Made by a program: the position numbers and the translations under genes. The notes under the pieces are model-generated. The model saw only the letters and a program-made list of their open reading frames with translations, had not been told where the DNA came from and did not search any database. A DNA stretch of 64,000 bases from the human T2T-CHM13v2.0 reference genome, Homo sapiens. The stretch lies in NCBI RefSeq assembly GCF_009914755.1, contig NC_060935.1, one strand, 5' to 3'. Positions 25,469 to 38,063 of this stretch are shown one piece after another (position 1 is the first letter of the stretch; the number at the start of each line of letters is the position of its first letter).

Positions 25469-27986
25469 AATATTAGTTCTGTTCTCTTCCTGGGTTGATA
25501 TCCTTCTATTCTATCTAGACCAGAATGCTTTCTGAAATGGAAATGTGCCTATATCCCTACCTGCTTTACCTTATTATGGGATTTTGATAAACTACAAGAA
25601 AGTAGTTACACTCCTCTCGATGTCTTCCAAAACGTACTTGATGTATTTGATGCTCAATGTATGAATTGTTCTTCCCACAAATGCCTTGGTTTCTAGTAAG
25701 GGTGAGTTCCTTGTATTTCTTTAACTTGCCACAATCATCCATACTTCTACCATTTTGTATAACATGATTACCTTGTCAGTGGAAATATAAATAAATAAAA
25801 TTACTTTGAAGCACTGTGGCAGTGCCCAGTAGAATTGACGATCACAAATTTTATAACCCAGACATTCCAGCTGTCAGAAGATACTGTCCGAAAAGAGAAT
25901 CTATTGGCTATTTACATTAGGAGACATGTTCACAAAATCAAAATACAAAAATCATTCCAAATGTACAACAGCAGAAAATGAACAAATATATTTTATTATG
26001 CACCATTTATCCAACTTTGGGTTTTCCACTACAAACTCACTCTTGATTGTTTACATAAATAGATCTGGACCCTTTAAATATTTTTTTCTTTGCCACGTGT
26101 TAAGATGTCAGTCTTTGTGAGTAGAAAGCATTGGAGAGAAATTCCAAAAAAGCGCTTCCAATTTGCTTTGGAAATGACACCTCCAGTGTCTGGCCCGGAG
26201 GGCATACAGGGATACACCAAAGCCCAGATTGTGTAGTTCAGGCAGCTGCTATAGCACCCACTTCCTGAAGTTCATGGTGGCCAGGAGAACTCAGCAGCCA
26301 CGAGCTTCTCCTGATCACTGCCCTTTGCCAAATTTGCAGTGGAGCCTGTCTGGCGTGACATTTCTTCGTAAACAGCTTTACAAGTGGCCCAGAAGCCAAG
26401 TTTCTGGGGAGCTCTAAAGTGTGGATTTAAAGCAAGTTTTTCAAGCGCAACAGCACAACAACTTCTTAACATTTAGTGAGGCCAAGGGGTGAGGGGACTC
26501 TTCACTGGCGACTCCAACTTCACCCTGGAAACAATGGCAATTCCTTTTATGTGCTCATCACGTATTATTTAGACTTCTCCTTACATTCTACTAGACAATA
26601 TTTCCTTGCTCAAATGTTGTTATAATTAATCATTCTTTATATTAACTTTCCCTATTCACATTATTATATGTTTTCTCTGTCTTGACGGACCCTGAATCTT
26701 CCTTTCATTTGAATAAATGCTATCCATCTATCTATCTATCTACTTACGTATCTATCTATCTGAACACTTAAGGACCAGTGGAAAAAAATCAAGTACCATA
26801 AAACTACACATGGTATGATTTTACTTAAAAAAGTTCAAAACTACCTAAAGCCAAACCATAAAACATGTAAATAATATAGCCATGTGTGATAAAATTATAA
26901 AGAGTAACAGAGGAAATAAAGATAAACACAAAATTCAAGAAAGTGAAAAAGCACAACTGTCATTAGTGCATGGGGAACCCAATGATATTGGAAATGTTAT
27001 TTTCTTAACATGGCTAGTAGGTTCACAAATGTTCATTTCATTACTATTTTTCTCTATACTTGTGTGTTATATTATAGTCTTTTACATAAATAAAATATTT
27101 TAATAAAAAATAATGATTTCTTATACTATAGAGTGATTACATATACTAAAAGTGTAATTTAATCAGTGTCCCAACTAGTGCGCTGAGATAGTGATCCTCT
27201 CAGCCTTGGAAGGCCAGGCAGGGCGTGAGACCTCTGGCTTGGAGCAGTTGCGCATATTCTGCAGTGTGCTCTATGACAAACTGATGATTTCCCATGTGTG
27301 AAGCGACATGAACACATTAGACTTGATTCCCCGAAAATGCCAGATGAGAGTTTTACGATATTTGTCCATTCCCCTTGGATTTAATACTGACTTTGATTCT
27401 TCCACTTCAGAATAACCTTGTATAATTATAAATTTTGATTTTTTATTTTTAATCCACAACGAGAAAATAAAAGAAAAAATATATACACAGACAAATATAT
27501 GAACACTCACATAACTGTATATACTATCCATCTTTATTTCTAATATACTAATTTTAAAATACATCAATATACCCATCATGACTCTTTCTGAGTGACATAC
27601 CACACAAATTCAATATAGGTTCTCTAAGGAATCCTCTTAGGCTTCTTGTTTCAAAGCCTCTGAAGCTGCCTGCACAGTGAAGGTTGCAACAAAGCTTTCT
27701 CTTCACTTCTCCCTTAGCCTCGCATGGGTCCACTTTCCTTTCAATATCAAACAGAGCGTTAGAAACTCCTGGAAATGACTCCCCTGAATACTTGCTGTGG
27801 CTGCTTGGAGCATAAATGACATACCTGTTGATAAAACAGTATACTGTTTACTAGTTGCCCAAATGATATGGAAGAGAAACACAAGGGCACTCTACAATTC
27901 TAACATTGAATATTTCTAATTTAACAATTTGAACCAGCCACTTGTCAACTAAACTTCCACATTCAATCAACTCTAAAGACTAGTAT

Positions 27987-28300
27987 GGCCAGGCGCAGTG
28001 GCTCAAGCCTGTAACCCCAGCATTTTGGGAGGCCAAGGTTGGCGGATCACGAGGTTAGGAGTTCGAGACTAGCCTGGAAAGCATGGTTAAACCCCGTCTC
28101 TACTAAAAATACAAAAAATTAGCCGGGCATGGTGGCACGTGTCTGTTGTCCCAGGTGCTCAGGAGGCTGAGGCAGGAGAATTGCTTGAACCCGGCAGGCA
28201 GAGGTCACAGTGAGCTGAGATCGTGCCACGCCCTGCAATCCAGGCTGGGATACAAAGCAAGGCTCCATCCTTTAAAAAATAAATAAATAAATAAAATGGA
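27987..28300 (+). mobile_element. AluS(g-like)
   Basis: Full dimer with TSD aaagactagt (27975-27984 and 28301-28310). Confidence 0.95.
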
Positions 28301-28847
28301 AAAGACTAGTTTATGAAATATGTATTAATTAATAATATTTGACTTCGAACAAATAACCTAAGAGGTAAGTGGTTCGATGCTACAACAGTAACAACGATTA
28401 AGTAACCACAGCAATCATGCTTGGTAATAAAGTATTTACTTACAATTTTTCTAATTCTTCAAGATAGACTACACGCAATTGATATTAGTATTTCCCAGAG
28501 GAGGAAACTGAGGTCTGAGAAATCAAGTTGCTAAATGATTTGTCTCAAGGCACATTACAAGTAAGTGCTGATTTTTTAATATATCATAATAAATGATAGC
28601 ACTACTGTGATCGTTAAAGTCCTGTTTGTGATTAGTCAACCATCTGTTGTGTTTTTTTTTTTTTTTTGTCCTTTTTAAAAAAGCCACACTACCATGTTGG
28701 AGTACTTAACATAAAACATGAAGAAATATCAAAAACAATTTTGTAATGCTTCATATGACCACGACAGATGAATGTTTTACAGAACGGGCAAAGACATTTC
28801 ATGTCATAGACCTAGAAAGGAAGGACAAACTCTGAAGTGATAAATAA

Positions 28848-29150
28848 GGCCAGGAGCGGTGGCTCATTACTGTAATTCCATAAATTTGGGAGGCTTAAGT
28901 GGGAGAATTGCTTGAGGCCAGGAGTTTGAGACCATCCTAGGCAACATAGGTTACACCCTGTCTCAACAAATAAAAGTACAAATATGAGCTGGGCATTGTG
29001 GCACGTAACTGTAGTCCTAGCTATTTCAGAGGCTGAGGTGGAAAGATTGATCAAGCCCAGGAGTTTGAGGCTGCAGTGAGCTAAGACTGCACACTGAACT
29101 CCAGCTTGGGAGACAGTGTGAGAACCCGTCTCTTAAGAACAACAACAAAA
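28848..29150 (+). mobile_element. AluJ
   Basis: Dimer with ttgaggccaggagtttgagacc and gaggctgcagtgagct. Confidence 0.9.
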
Positions 29151-30904
29151 TAAGCTGGGGCGATGGGTAAGTTAAAAATATGCTGCCATTGGCCAACAAA
29201 TCGAGCTGTTTAAAACATGCTCTTACTCCCAAGCCAGACAATTTGATAATCGCTGGACAGAAAGATGGAGCCATTTCTGGCTGTCCAATGACCTAACCCC
29301 TTTCAATACATATAAGATCAACCTGGGGATAGTCAATGTTTGGCAATAGTCAAGATTTAGGAATTAAAAAACCTCTAAATATCAAAAATATGAAAAAGAA
29401 CAAATAAGTATGTGTTTATTATATACCTTACATATAGAGAGATTTACTGGGTTTTGTGTATATGTAAACAAAAATACATTTAAAATAGGAAAGGGGCTAG
29501 AATTACACACACAAGAATATAACCATGATTTTATATTTTTCTGATGGAATTAGGCAGATGTTTATTTTCTGCCATGGCTTTCTTGATCTTTACAGTTTCT
29601 AAAATAAACATTATTTTAAAATAAGAAACAAAAAGATACTGAAAATAAAGATATGCAAAAATTATATTACATCGTATGAGAGAATATTACATTTATCATT
29701 TACTACATATATCTTGAAATTTTCTATTGGCTTGCAAGAAATCAACTATGATATTTTTCCACAGTACAAAAAAAAAAAAAAAGGAAAAAGTGATATTATA
29801 ACAGGGAATCATTTTTTCTTTTCCTACCTATAAAAACATCTATCTGGTAACCCTAAGGATCAATAAATGCTCATTACAGAAACATTGGTTGATTATTCAT
29901 GATTCTCAATAATACTGGAATGAGAAATAAAATGAATATAGTTATAACTTCATGAAAATGTATTTCTATACACAAAACAAAAATTTCAGAACAAAACTGA
30001 ACTTAATCAGTCAGCTCTGGGGACTGGTTCCAGGACACTGATAGATATCAAAATTTGTGCACACTCAAGTCCTGCAGAAAAGACACGTATACATGAAAAG
30101 CAGGACCCCTCTTCTGTGGAATTAACAAGCTGAATGTGGAAAAAACCACTAAACAAATCAAATTGATTTATCAGAATAATAATCCAGATTTTAGTAGAAA
30201 TTATTTAATATTTCATCTTTTCAAGTGATTTTCCTCATAATGTAAGTACAGCATTCTCAGAGTCTGAAAAGACTTTCTGGATTACCTTGCTCTGCCTCGG
30301 TGAGGAAAGGTAGCTGCCTACGTGGAATCTGAAGCCACATCTGACCTCCCTTGGGTTAACTGGCCATAATATAACTCACCACATGCTTAATGCCCTTTGA
30401 CATCCTGGTCTTCATATTGTTAAGACAATGAAGTAGGCAATAATAGAAAACAAAATATTTCTGAAAAACATGGCTAAGAGTCCCAGTGGGATGTAACAGT
30501 TTTGCTTTATTTTGTTTTGTTTTCTGGAAAAACATTAATAATTTTCTTACTTTACATTTTTCATTAGTTCTTTATTGGCCACATCTGAGGTGCTCAGAGT
30601 CAAGCTCATGTAATGAGTATCATTCTGTGAAAAAAGTTCTAACATATCAAAGCTAAAGGAAAAATAATTGTTGAGGTTTGTTCCATAGAAATAAATTTAC
30701 TCACTTAAAAGCCTTTTTTCTGGATTTACGTCCTTCCTACTTTGTGATATTTTTAACAAAATCATTTTCTGTATGCAATACTAATATTTAAAAAGATAAG
30801 TTTGAAAAAAATAGTTTGGCAAAATAAAGTTTACCATCTTTAAAAATAAAAAGTTGGCCCTCTATATACATGGGGTTCTTTCCTTCAGTAATGTATTTTA
30901 TTAT

Positions 30905-31037
<133 letters not shown>

Positions 31038-31084
31038 TAACAACTTTCTAAAGAAGTCAATTTTTTCTCTCTCTCTCGCTACAG

Positions 31085-33108
31085 GATTTGGGAGACATGG
31101 TGGCAAGGTATGTTATCGGCCATCAGTGCAAGCTGGAGCACAAGGCATGCTATGAAAAACATCAAGCTGCTTCCAACAAAGTGAAAACATAAGTTACTAA
31201 CACCATAATGTGTCAGTGTGATTGTGTGTGTACTCATGTGTTTGTGTTTTATGTTGAATGTTACCTATGCCTTTTATCAGACATTAACCTTTTCTTACTT
31301 TTCCAAGTGACTCAGGGGGTTATGTTTTGAAGAGTTCAATGCAGAAGTTGCTAGAATACAATTGCCTCTTTTTAGGATTCAGAATCATAATTAGAGATCA
31401 ACTATTTGGTGGCAGATAGGGAGAGAGGCATTTATCTTTCAGTGGCAGTAGGTTAGAAACGGAGTGAATAGTTAGAAAGATTCCCTAAGAGCCACAAACC
31501 CATCCTAGGATTGTGGAGGTACATTACAATATCAGAAGTGGGTTTGAATGAAACATTTTCTGTTGGAATCTATTTCTTAAACACAGACATCAGAAACTTA
31601 ACCAACTCAACCTACTTCCTTGCAGGAGTGAGTCCGTGCTGCTGCACATGCCCCAGCCTGTGAATCCAGAGCTCACTACAGGGCGCATCACAGGACCGGT
31701 GGACAGGCTCAACCACTTCCAAGGTGAGTGTGGCCCTCTTGGTGGGATCAACATGCAATGCCTTCAATTATGGTTTTCTATGGGCAGCCTTCCCAGTGTA
31801 ACGATCTTTCATCTAGAAGAAGAGAATAGTCTGTGAATAGGTATTTATATTTATAGTTTCACTATCATCAAACAGACAAAACTAAATAAAAGATGGTGGA
31901 ATCAGCCATATAGCAAATGTATTAGAAAAGTAAAACATGCAGAAGGGCTCTTTAGGATGTAGAACCATTCATGTATGCTTCAACCGTGATACAATTTCAT
32001 GTATACAATTATTACATGAAGTATACAGAACTGAATTAATCCAGGACATTTCAATTTCAAATTCAGTGCAGTTAATGACTGATTTGAGTGACAGTGTTTT
32101 TTTAAATACATTTCAGGTGAAGTTTCACAGCATTTATAATTTTAATCATGTGCATTTTAATCAACTAAAGCATACACGAGTAACTTATATAACAATGCAA
32201 ACACTGAGAATCTGTGAAAAATAGGAACGTGATTTGGTGGTTGATGAGGCCTTAGATAGAACTCCAGGATAGATCATGATAAATCCAGCAGATAAAAGAA
32301 GTCTGTGCCTGAATCTGGCATGAAAGTCAGATAATTCTTGCAAGGAAGCTGCACTTTTCAGAAGGCAGATTCAGATTTTCTCTTTAAGTATGAAATGACT
32401 AGTTTAAGTGGCAGATTATAATATTTCTGGCAAAGTGATAACTTTTTTATTTGGGTCTAAGGATGGCTCCCCACCTCATCTCCTGTCCGCAGCCTCCTGC
32501 TCTGCCCTGACAGAGAAGAGACAATGAAGGTTAATTTTATTGCTGTGGACTTGGCTGCAGTGCAAGAGGTTCCAGTTTTTCAGTTGTTATGAAAGGTCAC
32601 TAACTAGACATAGACATGACCTTCCTCCCCTTTATAATTTTTGAGTTTATGGAAATTGTGATCATTGAAGTTGAGCCATTTACTTGTGCAGATATCCTAA
32701 CACCCTTTGATTCCAACATTTTTCCAGACAGAAGTTTCTTTCTAATCTTGACCTGTGTTTTCTAGTGAGAATCTCTTTCTTATCTGAACATAAGAATTTA
32801 TAAACTGCTTTTCAATGGATCATTCTCTTTTTTCTACAGTGGAAATTTCCTTCACTTGGGAAGTAACCAATTACAATATCAGGCTGTTTGAGGATGCGAG
32901 AAGTTTGATGTTGAGACGTGAATCTTTGCGTTCTGACAGATCTGACTATTTTGCTGCATGGGGAGACTGGGTCTTCTCCTCTGGCAAACACTACTGGGAG
33001 CTGGATGTGGAGAACTCTTGGGACTGGGCTCTGGGAGTCTGTAAGGACTCCTGGATAAGGAAGAATAGCACAATGGTTAAATCTAAGGATATATTTCTTC
33101 TTTTATGT
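31085..33108 (+). pseudogene. TRIM43-like pseudogene fragment (23-nt exon, 98-nt exon, first half of SPRY exon)
   Basis: 31085-31107 DLGDMVAR; 31626-31723 [17 protein letters not shown]; 32840-33108 [19 protein letters not shown]...[36 protein letters not shown], closest to recalled TRIM43. Splice sites are intact, but no upstream RING/coil exons are seen and SPRY stops halfway. Confidence 0.8.
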
Positions 33109-33230
33109 GCCTGCTGTCCTGACCCATATTTCCAGGGATAACCTGGCATACGTAGACACTATGTAAAGCCCACATCCATTAGAAGTTTATAACACTATGT
33201 TTTCGTGTGACTGTTTTCTTGTTCCTGCAG

Positions 33231-33730
33231 TGCATATTTCCTGGGATAATAAAATAACCACTTGGTACATTCCCCTTGTTTGAAGTTCTGAGACAGCTAC
33301 TCTTTGGTTCTGATTATCTCAACATTGCCCCAACTCCAACAAAATCTAAGTGTTTTCTTGATGGCGAGCCCTGCCATTCACTTTTGGAAGATATTACTGA
33401 GAGGTGGACGTTGGGCAGTGCTGGAACTGGGCTGTTGGATTTTGCAATGATTCTTGGACAATGAGAAATGACATGCTGGTTAACTCCAAGAAATTTTTTC
33501 TACTTTTTTGTGTCAAGAAGGCTACTGGTGTCATCTCAAGACCTCTTCCCCACTATTATCTCAGTATACAGAAAGGCCTCTAGGCCAGATGGGGGTGTTT
33601 CTAGATTATGAATGTGGCATGGTAAGCTTTGTTAATGTGGCCAACAGTTTTCTCATCTGTAGCCTCTCTGGTTCTTTCCCTTACCCTCTTACAACTTTGC
33701 TTTGTTTTGCTTTGCTTTGCACTCACAGAA
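33231..33730 (+). pseudogene. degenerate TRIM77-like PRY/SPRY exon
   Basis: Acceptor ttcctgcag at 33230. Frameshifted reading FTFGRYY*EVDVGQCWNWAVGFC...NDM...FLLFC / SSPLLSQY.ERPLGQMGVFLDYECGMVSFVNVANS. Confidence 0.7.
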
Positions 33731-34849
33731 TCAGAGAGAGGTCAGTAACGTGACTAAAGGTATCAGAAACACCAACTTCTGAGAATGCTAACTACTGACT
33801 ACTTGACATTCTTTATCTTTTTCTATGAAACTTTGTACCATTTTTAAAAGTGTGGAGGTATACATTTGTTTTGATTTTCATTAAACTACTACTCTCTCTT
33901 AGAATACTGCGCATGTCTTCTCTTATATGCTGTATCTTTTCTTTCCCTTGATTTCCAAGCCAGCCCAGGTATATGAATACCTGAGTGTGTTTATCCAAAC
34001 TGATGGGTTAATGCAAGAGCACAGGTTTCTTCCCCCTGAACTGGAATTTTCTTTTCTCTGTTCCACATCTGCTAAGTCCCATTTCATCAAGTGTAAGTTC
34101 CAACATTTCTTCAGGGAATTCTTTCTTTAGCTCCTGGACTAGATTAGGCTATTTGTTTTAAAGACTCAGAAAGCCTTATACTTTTCTTTGTAAAACTCAC
34201 GGTGTAATAGTAGGCATCTTTTCTGCTTCTCAAATTACAAGAAAAGGATTGTGTTTGTACTACACACAGGTATATTCCACGAAAGTACACAATGCTTAAA
34301 ATATAACTGATATTCATTAATTGTCTGTTTGAATAAAAGAATAAATGCACAAAATAATTGATAAAAACATATGATGCAACTGTTTAAAAGGCTACCAAAT
34401 TTACCCCTGTATTCCTATTGATTTTGGCAACTGAATGTAACCAAAATCAACAGGGATACTGAGAAATATTATTTAATAAAGTTATAAATTGGACTGCTTA
34501 TCAAATTGATAGGTTCAGTCAATTTTCTTTAGCTCAAGAACAAACTATCGATGGACACAGATCTTAAGAGAGTGAAAATGATACAGATAAAAAGACTGAA
34601 AACCTGTAAGACTTTAGTAATTTCACCGATGGCATCCTGCAGACAGTTACCTGGGAACATGTCATTACCAGAATAGAAAGTAAGACTCACTTTTTGCTTC
34701 AGAAAATACAGAATACTCAGAAGCCTCATTACATTTTAATAAAACTCCAAATTTATTTAGGTCTTTGAAGTTTTTAAAATACATGTGCAGTAAAATATCC
34801 TTATTATCAGAAATACCTATATTTTGATCATGTTAATTTTGTATGAAGC

Positions 34850-35208
34850 CTTTCCTTAAGTATCGACTGGAAATTGGTTCCAGGACTCCCCGCAGATACT
34901 AAAATCCTTAGATGCTAATAATCCTCAGATGTCCTTACATAAGATGGGGAAGTATTTACATGTAGTCTAAGCACATCCTCCCATGTACTTTAATTATCTC
35001 TAGATTACTTAAAATACTTAATGCAATGTAAATGCATTAAGTGTAAGTAGTTGTTACACTGTATTATTTAGGGAATAACGACAAGCAAAAAAAGTCTGCA
35101 CATGTTCAGTGAAAATGTAATCATTCAATTTTTTTTCCTGAAATTTTTTAATCCATGATGAGTTGAATCCATGGGTGCAGAACCCATTTATATGGAGGTC
35201 CAACTGTA
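34850..35208 (+). mobile_element. MER2 DNA-transposon relic
   Basis: attggttccaggactccccgcagatactaaaatcc...gttgaatccatgggtgcagaaccc...ccaactgta. Confidence 0.85.
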
Positions 35209-35603
35209 TATCAAATATCATATTTAATGGTGTATTTTCTAGTATTTAATTTAATTACTGGCAATATGGCACACCACAAACATATCAAAAGTTTCTGATA
35301 TGTGTTTTTTGAATTTATTTAAAGCAATCAGGGAATGCCTCCTTTAATGAGGGTTGCTGAGAACAAAGTCTAAAAAAGGCTGACTCCATTTATAAGGATT
35401 AACTCTGATCCAAAAGTTTAATGACAGATGGGTTGCATAATGGGTTATTTCAATGATAGGAGTAATGCAAACATACAGTTCTGTAGTCATTTATATTTTA
35501 ATAGCATTATACTGTTTTAACCATCCTCATCTTGCATATAATCTCATTGTATATTAGAATACTACTATTAGAGCAGTAAAGAAGAATGGATAAATACGGT
35601 CAG

Positions 35604-35915
35604 CTTTTTGCTTTTGTTTTGTTTTGTTTTTGAGACAGGCTCTCACTCTGTCACCCAGGTTGTAGTGCACTGGTGAGATCACGGCTCACTGCAGCCTCGA
35701 CCTCCCCAGATCAAGCAATCCTCCAACCTCAGCCTCCCAAATAGCTGGACTACAGGCTGAACTGTCATGCCCAAGTAATTTTGTTGTTGCTGTTGTTGGA
35801 GAGACAGGGTCTCACCCTGTTGCCCAGGCTTCTCTCAAGCTCCTAGCTCAAGTCATCCTCCCACCTCAGCCTCTAACAGTGCTGGGACTATAGGCATAAG
35901 CCACTATGCCAGGCC
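35604..35915 (-). mobile_element. AluJ (in left arm of local inverted duplication)
   Basis: Antisense dimer with (GTTTT)n tail and (GTT)n linker. Confidence 0.9.
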
Positions 35916-37564
35916 TAAATACAGCCAATTCAACTGAAGTTTAAATTATTTGTGTTTCACTCTCTTTCATTATAAGAATAATCTGTGTCTTAAAATGTGT
36001 TCTTGAACGTGAATTACTTTATGATTGCCCCTTCATAAGAATAGTTCTTAATGTTTAAGAATAATTCACAAAAATATGAAAATTCCTTCATAGAGAATGA
36101 CTTGAATTAATAGAAGGAATACTAGATACAGGAAGTGGATAATCAAATTTTAAGTGAATTATCTTATTCTGTCCTACAATTGTAAGAGAAAGTGATCCTC
36201 CAACCTCAGCCTCTCAAAGTACTGGGAATTATAGGCATGAGCCACCATGCCTGGCATAAATATGGCCAATAATGTAAACTTCAGTTTAATTGGCTGTTCT
36301 TATAAGTTTTTGAGAGAAATATGTTTCTCTTCTAATTGTGAGGACTGGATGAGATAATGCACATACAACCTCCACTGATAGGGTAGAATCTCCACCCCGG
36401 AACAGCAGGTCTAGGGTTGCTATGCCCAAGTTTCCCACTGGCTGTATCTTCCATCCCTCAAGGGATAAGACAAAACACCGGGAGACACCATCCCCCTACC
36501 TACCCCAGCACAGACTTGTAGAGCGTGTGTGAGTGCTGGAGAAGCCCCTGTCAACTCCTTTGCAGTGATGCAGAGATTCATCTAGGAGGACTGACAGGCT
36601 GTAAAAACTGAGAGCTTTGCTCAATGCCTCACAGTAATGATTGATTTTGAATCGGTCATGAAGAGGTACATTCCCAAGGGCGTTGTCAAAAACAATGGAG
36701 ACCTTGGTTGGGAACATTAAAGAGGAGCTTGGAATCTTTAGCATGCTTTGTAGCAAGAAATAAACTTCTGACAGCCAGCCAGAAGTTTACCAGAGAAAAC
36801 CAGGCAAAGAGAAAGCCAAGAAAAAGTGTCTTAGGATCTCTAATTTCTGGAAATCTGGAAGGCTGTGTATCTGTGCTAGACTGCACCCACTCAAGAGCAT
36901 CAAGGCGGAATGCGGACAAATTTGTAAGCGCTCCCCAAGCTAACCACTGATTCATCAATAAAGAGCCTTTAGCCCTACTGGCTGAAGAGCTAAAGCACAA
37001 ATTCTGAGTGAACACTGGGTGAACAATAAATTATTCTGTTCCAGGGAGTGATTCCTAGAAGCTAGACTTAAAAATAAAATCACAATCATCTCCGGTGATC
37101 TGGAAGATTGACCATGCACTGTCATAGCAGTAACCAGAGAGAGGATCTCTGAGCTGTTAGTCCACTGAATGTGGGACATAATTGTCAACTTCTTGATCTG
37201 TGAAAACAGTCTCCACGTCACACACACATTGAATGGTAAAGGATAAAAATCTAACTAACTAGGAAGGCTTAGCCACAACTTTCGAAATACAGATTTGGGT
37301 AGAAATAGAGATAAATAGATACAAAGATTGCTGAGTTTCATGTTTAGCTGAATTCATGGTAAACATTTATCATCATGAATATGTTCATCTCAGAAGCCAA
37401 AAGCATACCTACCCTCAGATGAAGGTTGCATATATATATACGTATATATGTGTGTGCATATATATAATATACATATATATTTCAAAGCAGTCATTCATAT
37501 GTATATTTTTCAATCAGTAAGCTAATTTTCCAAGCACTATTTTTCATATATATATATATATATA

Positions 37565-37854
37565 TAGTCCTAGCACTTTTAGAGGCTGAGGTGGGACGAT
37601 CACTTGAGCCAGGAGTTGGAGAGAAGCCTGGGCAATAGGGTGAGACCCTCTCTCTCCAACAACAGCAACAACAAAATTACTCAGGCATGGCAGTTCAGCC
37701 TCTATCCAGCTATTTGGGAGGCTGAGGTTGGAGGACTGTTTGATCTGGGGAGGTCGACCCTGCAGTGAGGCGTGATCTTACCACTGCACTCCAACCTGGG
37801 CGACAGAGTGAGAGCCTGTCTCAAAAACAAAACTAAACAAAACAAAAACAAAAA
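37565..37854 (+). mobile_element. AluJ, 5'-clipped duplicate of the Alu at 35604-35915
   Basis: Same private features (CAA linker, gagaagcctggg) in the opposite orientation. Confidence 0.9.
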
Positions 37855-38063
37855 GCTGACTGTATTTATCCATTCTTTGTTATTGCTCTAATAGCTGTAT
37901 TCTAATATACAATGAGATTATATACAAGATGAGGATGGTTAAAAGAGTATAATGCTATTGAAATATAAATGACTATAGAATTGTTATGTTTCCATTACCC
38001 TTGTCTTTGGAATACGGATCCTGTCACCTTAGTAGTCAGCATAGTACCCAATAGGTAGTTTTT

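Larger units (their letters stand above)
35447..38014. repeat. ~450-bp inverted duplication, arms ~35447-35892 and ~37565-38014
   Basis: The arms share an AluJ plus ~160 bp of non-Alu flank in reverse complement. Confidence 0.9.

Noticed and set aside
27155-27165. Perfect DUX4 motif TAATTTAATCA (and TGATTGAATTA at 45931-45941)
   Set aside because: About one perfect match is expected by chance in 64 kb of AT-rich DNA, and neither has promoter context.
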